A DNA stretch of 64,000 nucleotides from the NCBI GenBank assembly GCA_013239625.1, contig MU054220.1:8963367-9027366 (forward strand), written 5' to 3'. The notes under the pieces are model-generated. The model saw nothing but the letters and a program-made list of their open reading frames with translations. It was not told where the DNA came from and did no database searches. Positions 62,561-64,000 of the stretch are shown here, piece after piece. Numbering within the stretch: the first letter of the stretch is position 1; each line of letters starts with the position of its first letter. The translations under genes and the position numbers were made by a program. Source of the stretch: Lama guanicoe. Lineage: Eukaryota.

Positions 62561-64000
62561 ACCATTACCTGAACCAAAAACTAAAGAAAATGGAGTTAAT
62601 CAACTTGGAGCTAAATTTACTGTCAGTGGTTCTAATGCTTTAACAGAAGCAAAAATTTGTTTAAAAAATTTTCATGTGAAAAATTAATTTCCACAGATAA
62701 AATGATAGATGGAGCAGAGGATAATCATCTGCATGGTGTCCTCTTGCCTCTTGCTGATCTAGGCTGAGGACCCCAGGGTCCCCAGAGATCACAACAGGAA
62801 AGACTCTAATCCAAAGCATCTTCAAAAGAGAGGGAGAAAGAGAATCAAAATGGATGACATAGTTCTTATTTGGTAAGAAAGAGCATATCAATTTTCAGAG
62901 AGAGAAATGGATCCTATGGTTTCCAAAATCTAAAAGAAATGATATAAAGGTAACAAAAACGTCATTGGGCAATATGACAGGTATTCTTCTGGAGTGACTG
63001 TTCACAATACACAGGGCTGCTTTCGATGGGTTTCTCTTAAGTAACAAGCCTGCACTACTGTGGAGGTGAATCCATGGTGAATTTAACACAATCTACATAT
63101 TAGCCATGCAAACTCCGGAGAGTCTATTCTATAGAGTTTTGGGGTTTTTTTGGTACTCAAGGGCTCTTCAGGATGCTGAACAAATCATGCAGCAATTCAG
63201 TTCTACCAGTGTTTTCAGAAGAAAAAAAAAAAGTCAACCCAAGGGAGCGCATCCAAAACTCTCTTGAGCTTGCTCTATACACGGTTCCTTTCTCTCCTTT
63301 ATTCTGCTCTGCAAATGCTAGCTGTGTCTTGGTCTCCCCAGATTTCTATTCCTGTCTCCTCAATTACACAATACAACTGAGCTCTACCTGGGACCCTACA
63401 CCTGCAGCCTGGAAATGACTCCAGGAAGTAAACCTTATAATCATAGGGGTCATCAAGTTTGTCTCTTTTCTTTTCAAGAATTAAACCCTGCATTGTTGCC
63501 TCATGTCAGGAAACATATACTGCATACATGTGCGACAATGACACAGAGTTTTTAGTTTATTTGTTTTATTTTGGTGAGACTGCAGTTAGAATCATAAGTT
63601 CTGTTTTAGTTTTTTTTTACTTAAATCAAACTATATATTAATTAAGAACATCTTCAATTACCATATAGAGAGGATAAAGTCTACATTACTTCTCTTATAA
63701 TATTCTTACATAATTATAATCACTGAGGAAACTTATTCTAAGTATAGATATGTTGTCAAATATTTTCCTCACATGTAAATTAACTCATGTATCTTAAACA
63801 CAACAACAATAAATCCATGCTTCTCCAGGAGGAGAATTTGTGTTAAATAAATATTTCAGAGTGCTACTGGTGTACAAAAAGATTGAGTTGACCAAGTTTA
63901 TAAAACCTACATAGATCATTTGATTAGGTGATTTTGTTTATTTTTCCTAGGTAGAACCCAAAAAGCCCTAAGTCAGAGAATCTGTTTTGAGAAAAGGTCA

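Noticed and set aside
1..64000. Prokaryotic-type systems (CRISPR arrays, operons, defence islands), rRNA/tRNA genes, processed pseudogenes
   Set aside because: The sequence is clearly mammalian and repeat-rich. The direct repeats have only two units, and I recognised no tRNA, rRNA or retrocopy signature.

Overview
This is AT-rich mammalian genomic DNA, either intergenic or deep inside a large intron. The L1 3' ends are Cetartiodactyla-type and resemble camelid L1s as I recall them. I saw no ruminant (Bov-tA/BovB) or pig (PRE-1) SINEs, so camel/alpaca is my best guess; this is an inference and was not checked against a database. A large part of the window is transposon relics: young and old L1, L2, MIR, MaLR/MLT1 LTRs, two ERV1-type solo LTRs (one MER41-like with an intact 4-bp TSD and a GAS motif) and hAT-Charlie MITEs (MER3/MER5/MER58). 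No protein-coding gene could be identified, and the only ORFs with recognisable products are L1 ORF2p fragments. I did not find a convincing new biological system. The best signals are (1) an 18-nt minus-strand microexon candidate with textbook splice signals at 18686-18703, (2) a TSD-bounded L1 insertion carrying an apparent 3' transduction, (3) a ~150-bp local copy apparently pasted into an MLT1 LTR from 1 kb away, (4) the MER41-like GAS-bearing solo LTR, (5) a twin-primed inverted L1 and a chimeric L1 3' end, and (6) two recent short tandem duplications. Repeat subfamily names come from recalled consensus sequences. Boundaries are approximate unless TSDs are quoted.
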